A DNA stretch of 64,000 bases. It comes from Oscillospiraceae bacterium. GTDB taxonomy: Bacteria; Bacillota; Clostridia; Oscillospirales; Ruminococcaceae. Position 1 is the first letter of the stretch. Every line of letters begins with the position of its first letter. Shown one piece after another: positions 14,063-23,235 of this stretch. Location: contig CACXEO010000080.1 of NCBI GenBank assembly GCA_902766785.1, positions 17,332 through 81,331 on the forward strand. Direction: 5' to 3'. The notes beneath the pieces were generated by a model that ran no database searches, was not told the origin of the DNA, and was given only the letters and a program-made list of their open reading frames with translations. Made by a program: the position numbers and the translations under genes.

Positions 14063-15080
14063 CCGCCGCCACCTCCGGAGTTAATTCTTCCAGCCGGTTT
14101 TTCTCCCCGTTGGGGGATTCCGCCGCGGTTTTTGCCCGGTAACGGGCAACAATCCTCGCACCGGCGCGGTCAAAGGACGGCGCCAGCGCATTTGCAATCA
14201 GCAGCGGGAAAACAACGCTCACTTCGCTGACGGCGAGGTAGCGTACAGCCATGGTGCCAAGGCCGATTATCAGGCCGTACAGCACCTGCCCCCAACCGCT
14301 CTTAGGCGAAGTAACCGGGTCGGACGCCATAAAGACGACTGCAAAAACAAAAATACCGCTGACCAGCTCATATACAACTGAATGGAAACCATCAACACCC
14401 GTTCTGGGAAACAGGAATGCAACAACCGAGAAAGACAGCCCGGCGCTTAAAACAATCCGCCAGGCAATGGTTTTGCGGACCACAAGATAGAGCGCGCAGG
14501 CGGCGATCACCAAAATCGCCGTCGCGCCAATTGGCCCCGAATAGTTGATGAGAAGCGTGTTCATTGTGTTGATCGCGGGACTGCCGCCTGCATGGAGTAC
14601 CGCCCCGGGGGAAGTTTGCAGCGGCGCTGTTACCGGGTCAAACCAAGATACCAGCGTATAAGGAGCCGGGTATTGAAAGAGCAGTGACGGAAAACTGATA
14701 GCGGCAAAAGCAAGCCCCGCAGCCGCAGGATTGAAAACGTTTTTTCCGTTTCCTCCAAAGGGAAATTTAGCTACAACAATCGCAATCAACATACCGTAAA
14801 CAGAAACCCAGTAAGGAGTTGCCGCCGAAAGGCAGAGTGTAAAAACCACTGCGGTCAGAACCGGTTCTAAAGAGAGGCGTTCTCCCTTCTTTTTCCCCAG
14901 AAACCGCATACAGAAATACTCAAATATCACAGCGATCAGCACCGTGAACGCTATCATAAACAGCACCCGAAGGCCATACAAATATATTGACATTGCAAGC
15001 ACCGCAAACAATGTGAGCAGCAGATCCGTTTTCTGTGATTTTGAAGCTTTATACAGCACGGTCAATGAACCTCCTTTCAC
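14055..15080 (-). CDS. RnfD/NqrB-like membrane subunit. The annotated GTG start overlaps its own Shine-Dalgarno, so the true start is probably the TTG or GTG around 15059-15065.
   Basis: 341 aa. FGGNGKNVFNPAAAGLAF (NqrB/RnfD GGxGxNxFNPA) and FMASDPVTSP motifs. Preceded by an extended -10 TGCTATAAT near 15098-15106. Confidence 0.75.
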   Translation of the reverse strand: MKGGSLTVLYKASKSQKTDLLLTLFAVLAMSIYLYGLRVLFMIAFTVLIAVIFEYFCMRFLGKKKGERLSLEPVLTAVVFTLCLSAATPYWVSVYGMLIAIVVAKFPFGGNGKNVFNPAAAGLAFAAISFPSLLFQYPAPYTLVSWFDPVTAPLQTSPGAVLHAGGSPAINTMNTLLINYSGPIGATAILVIAACALYLVVRKTIAWRIVLSAGLSFSVVAFLFPRTGVDGFHSVVYELVSGIFVFAVVFMASDPVTSPKSGWGQVLYGLIIGLGTMAVRYLAVSEVSVVFPLLIANALAPSFDRAGARIVARYRAKTAAESPNGEKNRLEELTPEVAADE

Positions 15081-15216
15081 TGGATTACATATGATGGATT
15101 ATAGCAAAATTCTTTTTGCCGGAAAACATGTCGGCGGCATCGCCCTCCGGCTTTATTAAAATGCGGCTGAAACCGCGGAACGCCTTGCAGCACAAACAAG
15201 GAAAGGCCGCAGCCGT

Positions 15217-15897
15217 ATGAAGGCTACTCCATCCGCACCGCCCGCCGCAGGCGAAAAGAAAAACAACACCGGTACGGCGGCCGCCCGCCGCCGACCCATA
15301 ATGGAGCTGAACGCCTTGAAAATAGAGCTTGTAGACCAGAAAACGGTTAAGATAACCCTGGATGAAAACGACTTGGATGAAATGGCGCTTTCCTTTCACG
15401 ACGAAGACGGCGCCACTTCAGAAACAAAACGCGCGGTCCTGAGCCTGATTACCAAAATCAAAGAGGAAACCGAACTTGACCTGACGGGAGGAAAGCTTTT
15501 TATTGAGGCTTTTCCCGACGCAAACGGCGGCTGTGTTCTCTACGTAAATGTTATAGACCGAAACCGCAGCGGCCTTCACGCAAAAAAAACAAACATGGAA
15601 TTTAACAGTCCGCTCATCTTCCGCTTTAAAGATTTAAAAAACCTGCTCGGTGCCTGCGAGCGCCTGTTCGGCCAATACAGCCACCTGATCCGCAAAAGCA
15701 GCCTTTACCTGCTCGACCAGGAGTACTTCCTCACCCTGTACTCCTACCTGAGGACAGACGACAAGCTGATAAAACTGCTGAGTGAATATGGAAAATATTT
15801 TGGGAAAGGAGACGTGAAACTTTCCTTTATCAAGGAACACGCCCGCTGTATCATTGAAGATGCGGCGGTTGAAACCCTTGTGGACTGCGTTTGTTAG
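15217..15897 (+). CDS. mecA: MecA-like ClpC adaptor protein. The canonical MecA N-terminus begins at the internal ATG at 15301; the upstream 28 aa form an Ala/Pro/Arg-rich extension.
   Basis: MELNALKIELVDQKTVKITLDENDLDEM is followed by a C-terminal LYLLDQEYFLTLYSYL...LSEYGKYFGKGDVKLSFIKEHARCIIEDAAVETL, matching the MecA N- and C-domains. The 15217 ATG has a better RBS (AAGGAAAGG). Confidence 0.75.
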   Translation: MKATPSAPPAAGEKKNNTGTAAARRRPIMELNALKIELVDQKTVKITLDENDLDEMALSFHDEDGATSETKRAVLSLITKIKEETELDLTGGKLFIEAFPDANGGCVLYVNVIDRNRSGLHAKKTNMEFNSPLIFRFKDLKNLLGACERLFGQYSHLIRKSSLYLLDQEYFLTLYSYLRTDDKLIKLLSEYGKYFGKGDVKLSFIKEHARCIIEDAAVETLVDCVC

Positions 15898-16541
15898 CCG
15901 CGGAGGGAGGCTACCGCTTTTCCCGCGTCGCTATTGCGGAAAAGGTAAGACCCGGCTACCATAACGTTGGCGCCTGCCTCTGCTGCCAGACGGGCCGTTT
16001 CCCCATTAATTCCGCCGTCCACCTGAATGTCCAGCGGCATTTTACGTTCCGCCGCATATTCACGGACGGCGTGGATTTTAGGGAGCATATCCGCCATAAA
16101 GCTCTGCCCGCCAAACCCCGGTTCCACCGTCATGACAAGCAGCATATCAATTTTATCGAGCAGCGGCAGAGCCGCCGAAACAGGTGTGGCCGGACGGATA
16201 GAAACACCTACCTTTTTCCCCGCAGCACGAATTTTTTCAATAACCTTTTCAGGTTCAGATTGGCTTTCCAGATGAAAAGTAATCCCGTCTGCCCCAGCGG
16301 CCGCAAACCGCTCAACGTAAGCAAAAGGGTTGCAAATCATTAAATGGACATCGAAAAAAAGGGTTGTCGCCTTTCGAATGCTCTTTACCACCGGAAGCCC
16401 AAATGAAATATTGGGAACGAAAACGCCATCCATCACGTCGATGTGAAGCATATCCGCTCCCGCCTTCTCCATTCTGGCAATTTCCTCGCCCAGGTTTGAA
16501 AAATCCGCTGCCAGAATTGAGGGTGAAACCACAATTTCCAT
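15894..16541 (-). CDS. rpe: Ribulose-phosphate 3-epimerase. The start was refined to the MEIVVSP ATG at 16541 with a GGAGG RBS; the ORF-track start lies 21 codons further upstream.
   Basis: MEIVVSPSILAADFSNLGEEI...HIDVMDGVFVPN...VDGG, the canonical Rpe TIM-barrel motifs. Confidence 0.9.
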   Translation of the reverse strand: MEIVVSPSILAADFSNLGEEIARMEKAGADMLHIDVMDGVFVPNISFGLPVVKSIRKATTLFFDVHLMICNPFAYVERFAAAGADGITFHLESQSEPEKVIEKIRAAGKKVGVSIRPATPVSAALPLLDKIDMLLVMTVEPGFGGQSFMADMLPKIHAVREYAAERKMPLDIQVDGGINGETARLAAEAGANVMVAGSYLFRNSDAGKAVASLRG

Positions 16542-16719
16542 AATTCCTCCGAAGCCACCGCCACCGGCAGCGGCCTTTCTGCGCCTTTGCGCATAAGTAT
16601 ACAATTTTATTTTAGTATACTTTTATTCATTCGTCAATAAAACTCGGCAGGACAAGCCGGGAAGAAGGATAAATTTTTTGTAAATTTACATTTGCCATGG
16701 AAATTTGGCCAAAATTTGT

Positions 16720-16747
16720 TTGACAATTTTATGTAGTGTTATATACT
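16720..16747 (+). promoter_or_regulatory. Near-consensus sigma-A promoter (TTGACA-N16-TATACT) for the AKR gene.
   Basis: Read directly in the sequence, 45 bp upstream of the 16796 start with a GGAGG RBS. An 11-bp palindrome TAATAGTATTA lies just downstream. Confidence 0.6.
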
Positions 16748-16795
16748 TAATAGTATTAAAACAGACTTAACATTAAACGACGCAGGAGGTACACT

Positions 16796-17929
16796 ATGCA
16801 GCAGAAATCATTTGAAAAAATGGGGATTGAAGTCTCCCGCCTAGGATTTGGATGTATGCGTTTCCCCACAAAGGCCGACGGTAAAATTGACCGCGAAAAG
16901 TCCCTGGAACTGATCGACTACGCATACCGCCACGGCGTAAATTATTTTGATACCGCCTACCGCTATCATGAAGGTGAATCGGAGGAATTCGTAAAGGAAT
17001 CTCTTTCCCGCTATCCCCGTGAATCCTATTATCTTGCAACCAAGTTTCCAATTGGCTTTATGCCTGAGGTTTCTGAAGCCGCCGTCGACAAAATTTTTGA
17101 CGAGCAGCTTGAAAAAACGGGGGCCGGTTATTTTGATTTTTACCTGGTACATGCCCTGAGCGCACCGAACTTCAAACGGATGAAGGAACTGAAAGTACTG
17201 GAAAAACTGGAAAAAAGAAAAGCAGCGGGGCAGATTAAGCATTTGGGCTTCTCGTTCCACGACACGCCGGAAGTCCTCAAGGAAATTGTGGATTATTATG
17301 ACGGCTGGGAGTTCTGCCAGATTCAGCTTAATTATCTTGACTGGACTTATCAGGACGCAAAAAGCCAGTATGATATTCTGACGAAAAAGGGGATTCCCGT
17401 TATTGTCATGGAGCCGGTCCGCGGCGGGGCTTTTGCCGATCTTGGGAAAGAATCCAACGAGCTGCTGAAGGCGGCACGGCCGAACGATTCGATCGCTTCC
17501 TGGGCAATGCGGTACTGCGGCTCCCTTGACAATGTCCACATCATCCTCAGCGGGATGACCGAAATGGAGCAGGTGGTGGACAACGTCAAGACCTTTGAAA
17601 ATTTTGAACCGTTTACCGAAAAGGACTATGAGCTGATTGACGAGGTTCTGAAAATCAGGGAAAAAACCCGCACCATCCCCTGTACTTCCTGCCGATACTG
17701 TGTGGAGTACTGCCCGCAGAATCTTGATATTCCCGAGCTGTTCTCAATGTACAACCGCTACATGATCACCGGTTCTACATATGGTTTAAACGAAGATGTT
17801 TCCTCTTGCGAAGAGGATCGTCTCCCCGCCAGCTGCATCGGCTGCGGCGCCTGCGCGGAGCACTGCCCGCAGAAGATTGAAATCCCGAGCCGGATGGGGG
17901 ATATTGACCAGGCGATTAAAGCGCTGTAA
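16796..17929 (+). CDS. Aldo/keto reductase fused to a C-terminal 2x[4Fe-4S] ferredoxin-like domain.
   Basis: 377 aa. AKR N-terminus (GFGCMRFP...NYFDTAYRYHEGESE) and C-terminal CTSCRYCVEYCP...CIGCGACAEHCP. Confidence 0.8.
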   Translation: MQQKSFEKMGIEVSRLGFGCMRFPTKADGKIDREKSLELIDYAYRHGVNYFDTAYRYHEGESEEFVKESLSRYPRESYYLATKFPIGFMPEVSEAAVDKIFDEQLEKTGAGYFDFYLVHALSAPNFKRMKELKVLEKLEKRKAAGQIKHLGFSFHDTPEVLKEIVDYYDGWEFCQIQLNYLDWTYQDAKSQYDILTKKGIPVIVMEPVRGGAFADLGKESNELLKAARPNDSIASWAMRYCGSLDNVHIILSGMTEMEQVVDNVKTFENFEPFTEKDYELIDEVLKIREKTRTIPCTSCRYCVEYCPQNLDIPELFSMYNRYMITGSTYGLNEDVSSCEEDRLPASCIGCGACAEHCPQKIEIPSRMGDIDQAIKAL

Positions 17930-18002
17930 AGGGCGGTTTCAAAACCTTCTCCTGGCAACAGGGGAAGGTTTCCCTCTGCCCCAATATTGAAACAAGGATT
18001 GG

Positions 18003-18962
18003 ATGCCAAACATGGAAATAGCAATGATTGTGCTTTACCAGGCCGTTGTCATGTTCATCATGATTGTGGTCGGGTATGTTTGCTACAGAATTCACCTGAT
18101 CTCCCCCACCACCAATATACAGATGTCCAATCTGCTTCTTCTGGTGGTCAACCCCTGTATCATCTTTATCTCATTCCAAACCGATTTTGACACCCGGCTG
18201 GTGACAGGGCTTCTTACATCTATTGGCCTATCGCTTGTCTCAATCGTCCTCATGCAGGTGCTAACCCGGCTTGTCCTCAAAAAAAGCCCCGAAGGCCAGT
18301 ACAAAGTCGAACGATTCGGCTGTATTTACACAAACTGCGGCTTTTTCGCAACACCTCTGGTTTTTGCTATGTTCGGCAGCGAGGGCGTTTTGTATATCAC
18401 GGCCTACATCGCCATGACGAATTTCTTCATGTGGACCCAGGGCATTGGGGTTTTTACCGGAAAGATGAAATTCAAACAGCTTGTCAACTGTCTGAAGGCG
18501 CCGACCATCATTGCAATTTTCCTGGGGGTGGCCTTTTTCTTCCTCCATATCCGGATTCCGGATTTCCTTTACGACCCGATCAATTTTATCGGGAGCATGA
18601 ACTCCCCCCTGGCCATGATTATTGCGGGGGCGTTCATTGCCCAGACGAACGTCGTCAAGGCGTTTACTAAGCTGCGGCTTTACTACGCCAGCGCCATCCG
18701 GCTTTTGGTGATTCCAGTCATCTGCATCATCCTTTTCGCTCTGCTGCCTATTGATCGGACCGTAGCTTTGACAATTTTGGTAGGCGCGTCCGCACCCTGC
18801 GCTGTTTCCATCATGATGTTCGCGGCAAAGTATGAATGCGATGAACACTACGCGGCAGAGCTGTTCAGCGTCTGCACACTCATCAGTATTGTCACTATTC
18901 CGCTGATGTGTTTTCTTTACGAATGGTTCAGCGGCCTAACGTCCGCCGTTTTGTCATACTGA
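18003..18962 (+). CDS. AEC-family (auxin efflux carrier / malate permease-like) transporter.
   Basis: 319 aa, about 10 TM helices, typical AEC topology and length. Confidence 0.7.
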   Translation: MPNMEIAMIVLYQAVVMFIMIVVGYVCYRIHLISPTTNIQMSNLLLLVVNPCIIFISFQTDFDTRLVTGLLTSIGLSLVSIVLMQVLTRLVLKKSPEGQYKVERFGCIYTNCGFFATPLVFAMFGSEGVLYITAYIAMTNFFMWTQGIGVFTGKMKFKQLVNCLKAPTIIAIFLGVAFFFLHIRIPDFLYDPINFIGSMNSPLAMIIAGAFIAQTNVVKAFTKLRLYYASAIRLLVIPVICIILFALLPIDRTVALTILVGASAPCAVSIMMFAAKYECDEHYAAELFSVCTLISIVTIPLMCFLYEWFSGLTSAVLSY

Positions 18963-19217
18963 ACCCGGAAGTGAACAAAGGCCGCCGGGATTCCAGCGGC
19001 CTGTTCTATAAAAAGCAGGCAAGTGCAGCAAATTAATGCGGCTGCGCGGGGAAGCTCTTCATAAGGACGGATTTTCCGTCACTCCCTGCCGCTCGCCCGC
19101 TGGTTTTCCTGCTTAACCCATAGTATGCAGCGGGGCGTAAAAAAGCAACAGGACATTCTGCCTGTCCGGAGCCCGAAACGCCCTTGACGGCTTGCAAAAA
19201 TAAACTTCTAACCGTAA

Positions 19218-19253
19218 GGGCGGGAGGGGATGTAATCCCCTCCCGCCCTTTTT
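19218..19253 (+). terminator. Rho-independent terminator on the plus strand only.
   Basis: A 13-bp GC-rich stem GGGCGGGAGGGGA/TCCCCTCCCGCCC followed by TTTTT. It lies 256 nt after the AEC stop. Confidence 0.7.
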
Positions 19254-19404
19254 GTGGACTTCAGTAAGGCGTTCAGGCAATCCATCCGTTTTCAGGGCGG
19301 GGAGACAACGGTTCCGGCCGGTAAAGCGTTACGGAGCGCAGAACATCGGAAAACGCCAGGAGGCGGCAGTAAAGCTGCTTGTCGGGCGGCGCTGCCGCCT
19401 TTCC

Positions 19405-19446
19405 CATAAAAAACGGAGGAGGGATTTCTCCCACCTCCGTTTTTCC
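19405..19446 (-). terminator. Bidirectional terminator for htrA.
   Basis: Stem CGGAGGAGGGA/TCCCACCTCCG flanked by an A-run and a T-run, immediately 3' of the htrA stop (19454). Confidence 0.75.
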
Positions 19447-19453
19447 ATTGCTA

Positions 19454-20920
19454 TCAACCGCTAACTGTCGACTGGGCAGCCTGAAGCCCCCTGTCCTCCT
19501 GAAGTTTGAGCGTCACGGTAAAACTGCGCCCGGCGCTTCCGGACGTTTGCCTGTAAACATCCAGCGCAATTGTTTCGTTCGCCTTTTTCGTTTGAAGAAT
19601 CGCCGAAAGATCACTGAACGCGGTCATCTGGGTCCCGTCCACCTTGGTGATGATATCCCCAATCTGAAGCCCTTTGGCCACCGCATCAGAAGTCGACTCT
19701 ATTGACACAATCCGCAGCCCCTGTGGAATGCCGTACATTTTAGCAAGCACTTCATCAATTGGGGTCACAGTAATGCCAATTTTCACCCGGTCTTTGACAT
19801 AGCCGTAATTGAGAAGGTCGTCTATAATCGGTTTCGCCTCGTTGATTGAAATAGAGAAACCGATTCCCTCAAATCCTGTTGCAACAATTTTAGAAGAGTT
19901 GATTCCCACAACCTGTCCGTAAATATTTACCAGCGCTCCGCCTGAGTTGCCGGGGTTAATCGCCGCGTCAGTTTGAATGCAAGCGAGGGTATATCCCGAA
20001 TCGGTCGCGGAAGTCACAAGCCGGTTGGTGGCCGATACAATCCCCTGTGTTACACTGCCTGCATATTTGATGCCGCCCGGATTCCCGATGGCGACAACCG
20101 TTTCACCGGTCACCAGTTTCGTTGAATCGCCAAACTGGGCGGCTGTGAGGTTATCCTTTTGTATTTTGATGACGGCAAGGTCGGTTCTTACATCAGCTCC
20201 AATAACCGCAGCTTCAAACTCATCACCGTTTTCCAAAACAACTTTGATTGCATCAGCCCCGTCGATTACATGTTCGTTCGTGATGATATATCCATCCGAA
20301 GTCATGACAATCCCGGATCCTTCGCTCGCCGCTTTTAATCCGCTTTCCTTGGTATAGGTGATAATCCCGACCACCGAGGGCTTCACTTTTGACGCAATTT
20401 GGGGAATGGTGAGAGGACCGTCAGTCACTGTTAATGCATTGCTGCTGTCCGGCGTCTGGCCGATAACCAAGCTGGGAGTATCGTCCCGCGGGGCAGAGGA
20501 GTTCTCAGAGGCCGACGAACCCTGCGTCAAGGTATTCCCGGCCTTCCAATCATTTACCAGAACAAAAGCAAAGGCGCCAAGAGTTACCACTAATACACAA
20601 CTGACGACAATTGAAAAAATTTTCAAGCCCTTGTTCTTACCGGGATCTCCGGGCTCCTTTGACCCTTTCGGCCGTTTTTCCCGCTTTTGTTTTTTCGGGC
20701 GCGGAGGTTCTACCGCATTCCAGCTGAATTCCGCCGGACGGAACGGCTGTTCGGCAGACGGCTTGGAATCCGGCAGATTCTCAGCCGGATCTATCTGCTC
20801 CTCCGGCCCGCTGTGAGAACTCATATTTTCATATTCCCGCTCCGGGCCGCCGGAAACAGGAGACTGCGCTTCTTCGTTTCTATCTTCGCGGTTCAGCGGA
20901 TCATACTCATCAAAATTCAT
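19454..20920 (-). CDS. htrA: HtrA/DegP-family trypsin-like serine protease with a PDZ domain. It has a long disordered N-terminus and a TM anchor.
   Basis: 488 aa. GSGIVMTSDGYIITNEHVI, catalytic-triad context, GNSGGAL, and a C-terminal PDZ (LQIGDIITKVDG). Confidence 0.9.
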   Translation of the reverse strand: MNFDEYDPLNREDRNEEAQSPVSGGPEREYENMSSHSGPEEQIDPAENLPDSKPSAEQPFRPAEFSWNAVEPPRPKKQKREKRPKGSKEPGDPGKNKGLKIFSIVVSCVLVVTLGAFAFVLVNDWKAGNTLTQGSSASENSSAPRDDTPSLVIGQTPDSSNALTVTDGPLTIPQIASKVKPSVVGIITYTKESGLKAASEGSGIVMTSDGYIITNEHVIDGADAIKVVLENGDEFEAAVIGADVRTDLAVIKIQKDNLTAAQFGDSTKLVTGETVVAIGNPGGIKYAGSVTQGIVSATNRLVTSATDSGYTLACIQTDAAINPGNSGGALVNIYGQVVGINSSKIVATGFEGIGFSISINEAKPIIDDLLNYGYVKDRVKIGITVTPIDEVLAKMYGIPQGLRIVSIESTSDAVAKGLQIGDIITKVDGTQMTAFSDLSAILQTKKANETIALDVYRQTSGSAGRSFTVTLKLQEDRGLQAAQSTVSG

Positions 20921-20994
20921 TCTGACTCACCCATTCTATCAACCATTTAAATCCAGGAAGGATTTACAGTAAAAGTATATCCAAAAACCGGGCG

Positions 20995-22500
20995 TTAACC
21001 CTGTTTTTCTTCCAGCTTTCCACTTTTTTTCAGCGTCTTTGACATCCTGCCGGTCGGAATATAAAACTCAAATTCACAGTACTCACCCTCGACCGAGCGG
21101 ACGACAATTTCCCCGCCGTGTAGGCTAATAATGGAGCGGACAATGTAAAGCCCAAGCCCCACCCCGTTTTTATCAAGTCCCCTGGATTTATCACTTTTAT
21201 AAAAACGTTCAAAAACGTGCCGAACTTCCTCTTTGGAAAGGCCCGCGCCGCTGTTGCGGATGCACACGTAAGTCCTCCCGGCTTCCGTGCGGAAATAAAA
21301 AGAAATGGTACCGTTCTGGTCCACAAATTTTACGGCATTTTCAACCAAATTGTACACCACTTGATGGATTAAATCCTTATCTGCCTCTACAATTACCTTA
21401 TCCCGGTCCAAGCCCTCAATACTAACGCCTTTTGACTCAATGACCGACTCAAAGCTGAAGAGGGTCTGCAAAACGACGTCAAGCAGGTCAAAGTTCACCT
21501 TGGTTATTTTGACTTCTCCGCTTTCAATCCGCGACATATTGAGCATTGCGCGGACCAGCCGCGACAGGCGCTTGACCTCATCCGAGACAATGGACAGGTA
21601 TTCCCGTTCCTTTTCCTTAGGGATAGTCCCATCGAGCACCCCGTCGACAAAGCCAGCAATAGTGGTCATTGGTGTCCGGAGCTCATGGGATACATTTGCA
21701 ACAAAACTCCGCCTGGTCGACTCAATGACTGACAGCGACTGCGCCATGTTGTTTAACGCCAATGCAAGCTCAGCAATTTCATCCTCACCTCGCACCTCAA
21801 GGCGCTCCGAAAAATCCCCGCTACCAAATTTTTTAGCCGCAAAAGCCATACGCCGGAGCGGTTTTACCATTTGCAGCGTAATAAAATAGAATACGATAAA
21901 CGACAAAAAAATAACAAAGACAGAGGAAACACTGAACATTTGCAGAACTTGCAGCAGGAAATCCATCATTGCCGTAGCGGGGGTAGAGGCAAACAGGTAG
22001 CCAATTAATACTCCGTTGTCCAGCCTGACGGGCAGCCCATAAGTATAGTATTGGGAATCATAAATACCGCCCAGCGTTCCTACTTCAAAATACTCGCCCG
22101 CCTGCTGCATCCGGTTCAGAATTTTGTCCGGTACGCTGTAAGCGGCAAAACCGCTCAGCCCGTCCCCATCTTCACCCAGTTCCAAGCCGTTTACCATAGT
22201 ATTGGCATTTCCCGCACTGTCTACCAGAATGATCTGAGCGTCGATTGCGCCGGCAAGAATTCTATAAGTATTTTGAACAGAGGATGCGATCCTGACCGTC
22301 GCTGTTTCATCGTCATAACTGCTGTTGTTCAGCGTAAAGGCCACAGCACTGGTTGTATTCGTTTTTAAAAGGTCGTATTTGTCAGTTTTAAAATACTGAG
22401 CCGCCACCAGCATCATAATCGCCCCCAGCAGGGTGAGCGAAATGATAACCACCGCAGAACAGATAGCAAAATATTTTGTAAACAGGCTTTTACGCATCAA
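20995..22500 (-). CDS. Two-component sensor histidine kinase (2 TM + HAMP + HisKA + HATPase_c).
   Basis: 501 aa. H-box VSHELRTPMTTI, N-box NLVENAVKF, and G-boxes. Confidence 0.85.
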   Translation of the reverse strand: MMRKSLFTKYFAICSAVVIISLTLLGAIMMLVAAQYFKTDKYDLLKTNTTSAVAFTLNNSSYDDETATVRIASSVQNTYRILAGAIDAQIILVDSAGNANTMVNGLELGEDGDGLSGFAAYSVPDKILNRMQQAGEYFEVGTLGGIYDSQYYTYGLPVRLDNGVLIGYLFASTPATAMMDFLLQVLQMFSVSSVFVIFLSFIVFYFITLQMVKPLRRMAFAAKKFGSGDFSERLEVRGEDEIAELALALNNMAQSLSVIESTRRSFVANVSHELRTPMTTIAGFVDGVLDGTIPKEKEREYLSIVSDEVKRLSRLVRAMLNMSRIESGEVKITKVNFDLLDVVLQTLFSFESVIESKGVSIEGLDRDKVIVEADKDLIHQVVYNLVENAVKFVDQNGTISFYFRTEAGRTYVCIRNSGAGLSKEEVRHVFERFYKSDKSRGLDKNGVGLGLYIVRSIISLHGGEIVVRSVEGEYCEFEFYIPTGRMSKTLKKSGKLEEKQG

Positions 22501-22542
22501 ACCCCTCCAAAGGGCATTGCTTTTGTGAAGCCGCGCACAGCG

Positions 22543-23235
22543 TTACTCCACCACTTCAAATTTATACCCAACACCCCAGACCGTTTTAAGCGACCATTTG
22601 TCTGACACGCCTTCTAATTTTTCACGAAGCCGCTTGACATGAACGTCTATGGTTCTGGAGTCGCCATAATATTCGAACCCCCAGACCTCATCCAGCAGCT
22701 GGTCGCGGGTATAAACCCGGTTCGGGTTGGATGCCAGGTGGAACAAGAGCTCCAATTCCTTTGGCGGCGTATCAACAACTTTTCCATCTACCTTGAGCTC
22801 ATACCGGGTCATGTTCACACTCAGCTTGTCATAGTTGACTTCTTTATGTTCAACTGCCGGAGCCGCATTCCCAATCCGCCGCAAAACCGCCTTCACCCGG
22901 GCAATAACCTCTTTCGTGTCAAACGGCTTGACGACGTAGTCGTCCGCGCCAAGCTCAAGGCCGAGCACCTTGTCAAAGGTTTCGCCTTTGGCGGTCAGCA
23001 TAATAATAGGCACGTTTGAAGTCTTGCGGATTTCACGGCAGACCTGCCAACCGTCCAGCGTTGGAAGCATGATGTCAAGCAGAATCAAATCTGGTTTGAT
23101 TGCATTGAACTTCGCAATTGCCTCTTCCCCCTCGTTCGAAATCGCAACGGTGTAGCCCTCTTTTTCCAGGTAGAGCCGGAGCAGTTCGCAAATGTTTTTA
23201 TCGTCGTCCACAACCAAAATTTTTCCGATAGACAT
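22543..23235 (-). CDS. OmpR-family response regulator. The start was refined to MSIGKILVVDDD, preceded by AGGAGGT.
   Basis: Receiver domain (DDDKN...D in ILLDIMLP...K) and a winged-helix C-terminus (VWGFEYYGDSRTIDVHVKRLREKL). Confidence 0.9.
   Translation of the reverse strand: MSIGKILVVDDDKNICELLRLYLEKEGYTVAISNEGEEAIAKFNAIKPDLILLDIMLPTLDGWQVCREIRKTSNVPIIMLTAKGETFDKVLGLELGADDYVVKPFDTKEVIARVKAVLRRIGNAAPAVEHKEVNYDKLSVNMTRYELKVDGKVVDTPPKELELLFHLASNPNRVYTRDQLLDEVWGFEYYGDSRTIDVHVKRLREKLEGVSDKWSLKTVWGVGYKFEVVE

Noticed and set aside
12706-15080. Interpretation as a complete Rnf or Na+-NQR complex
   Set aside because: Only the three integral-membrane subunits are present. There are no RnfC/NqrF-type Fe-S/flavin subunit, RnfG/NqrC or RnfB genes adjacent, and neighbouring genes are unrelated, so the locus cannot be called rnf or nqr.
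15085-15399. 104-aa minus-strand ORF overlapping the mecA 5' region
   Set aside because: It overlaps the rnfD-like promoter and the mecA N-terminus. Cys/Gly-rich junk translation with no RBS.
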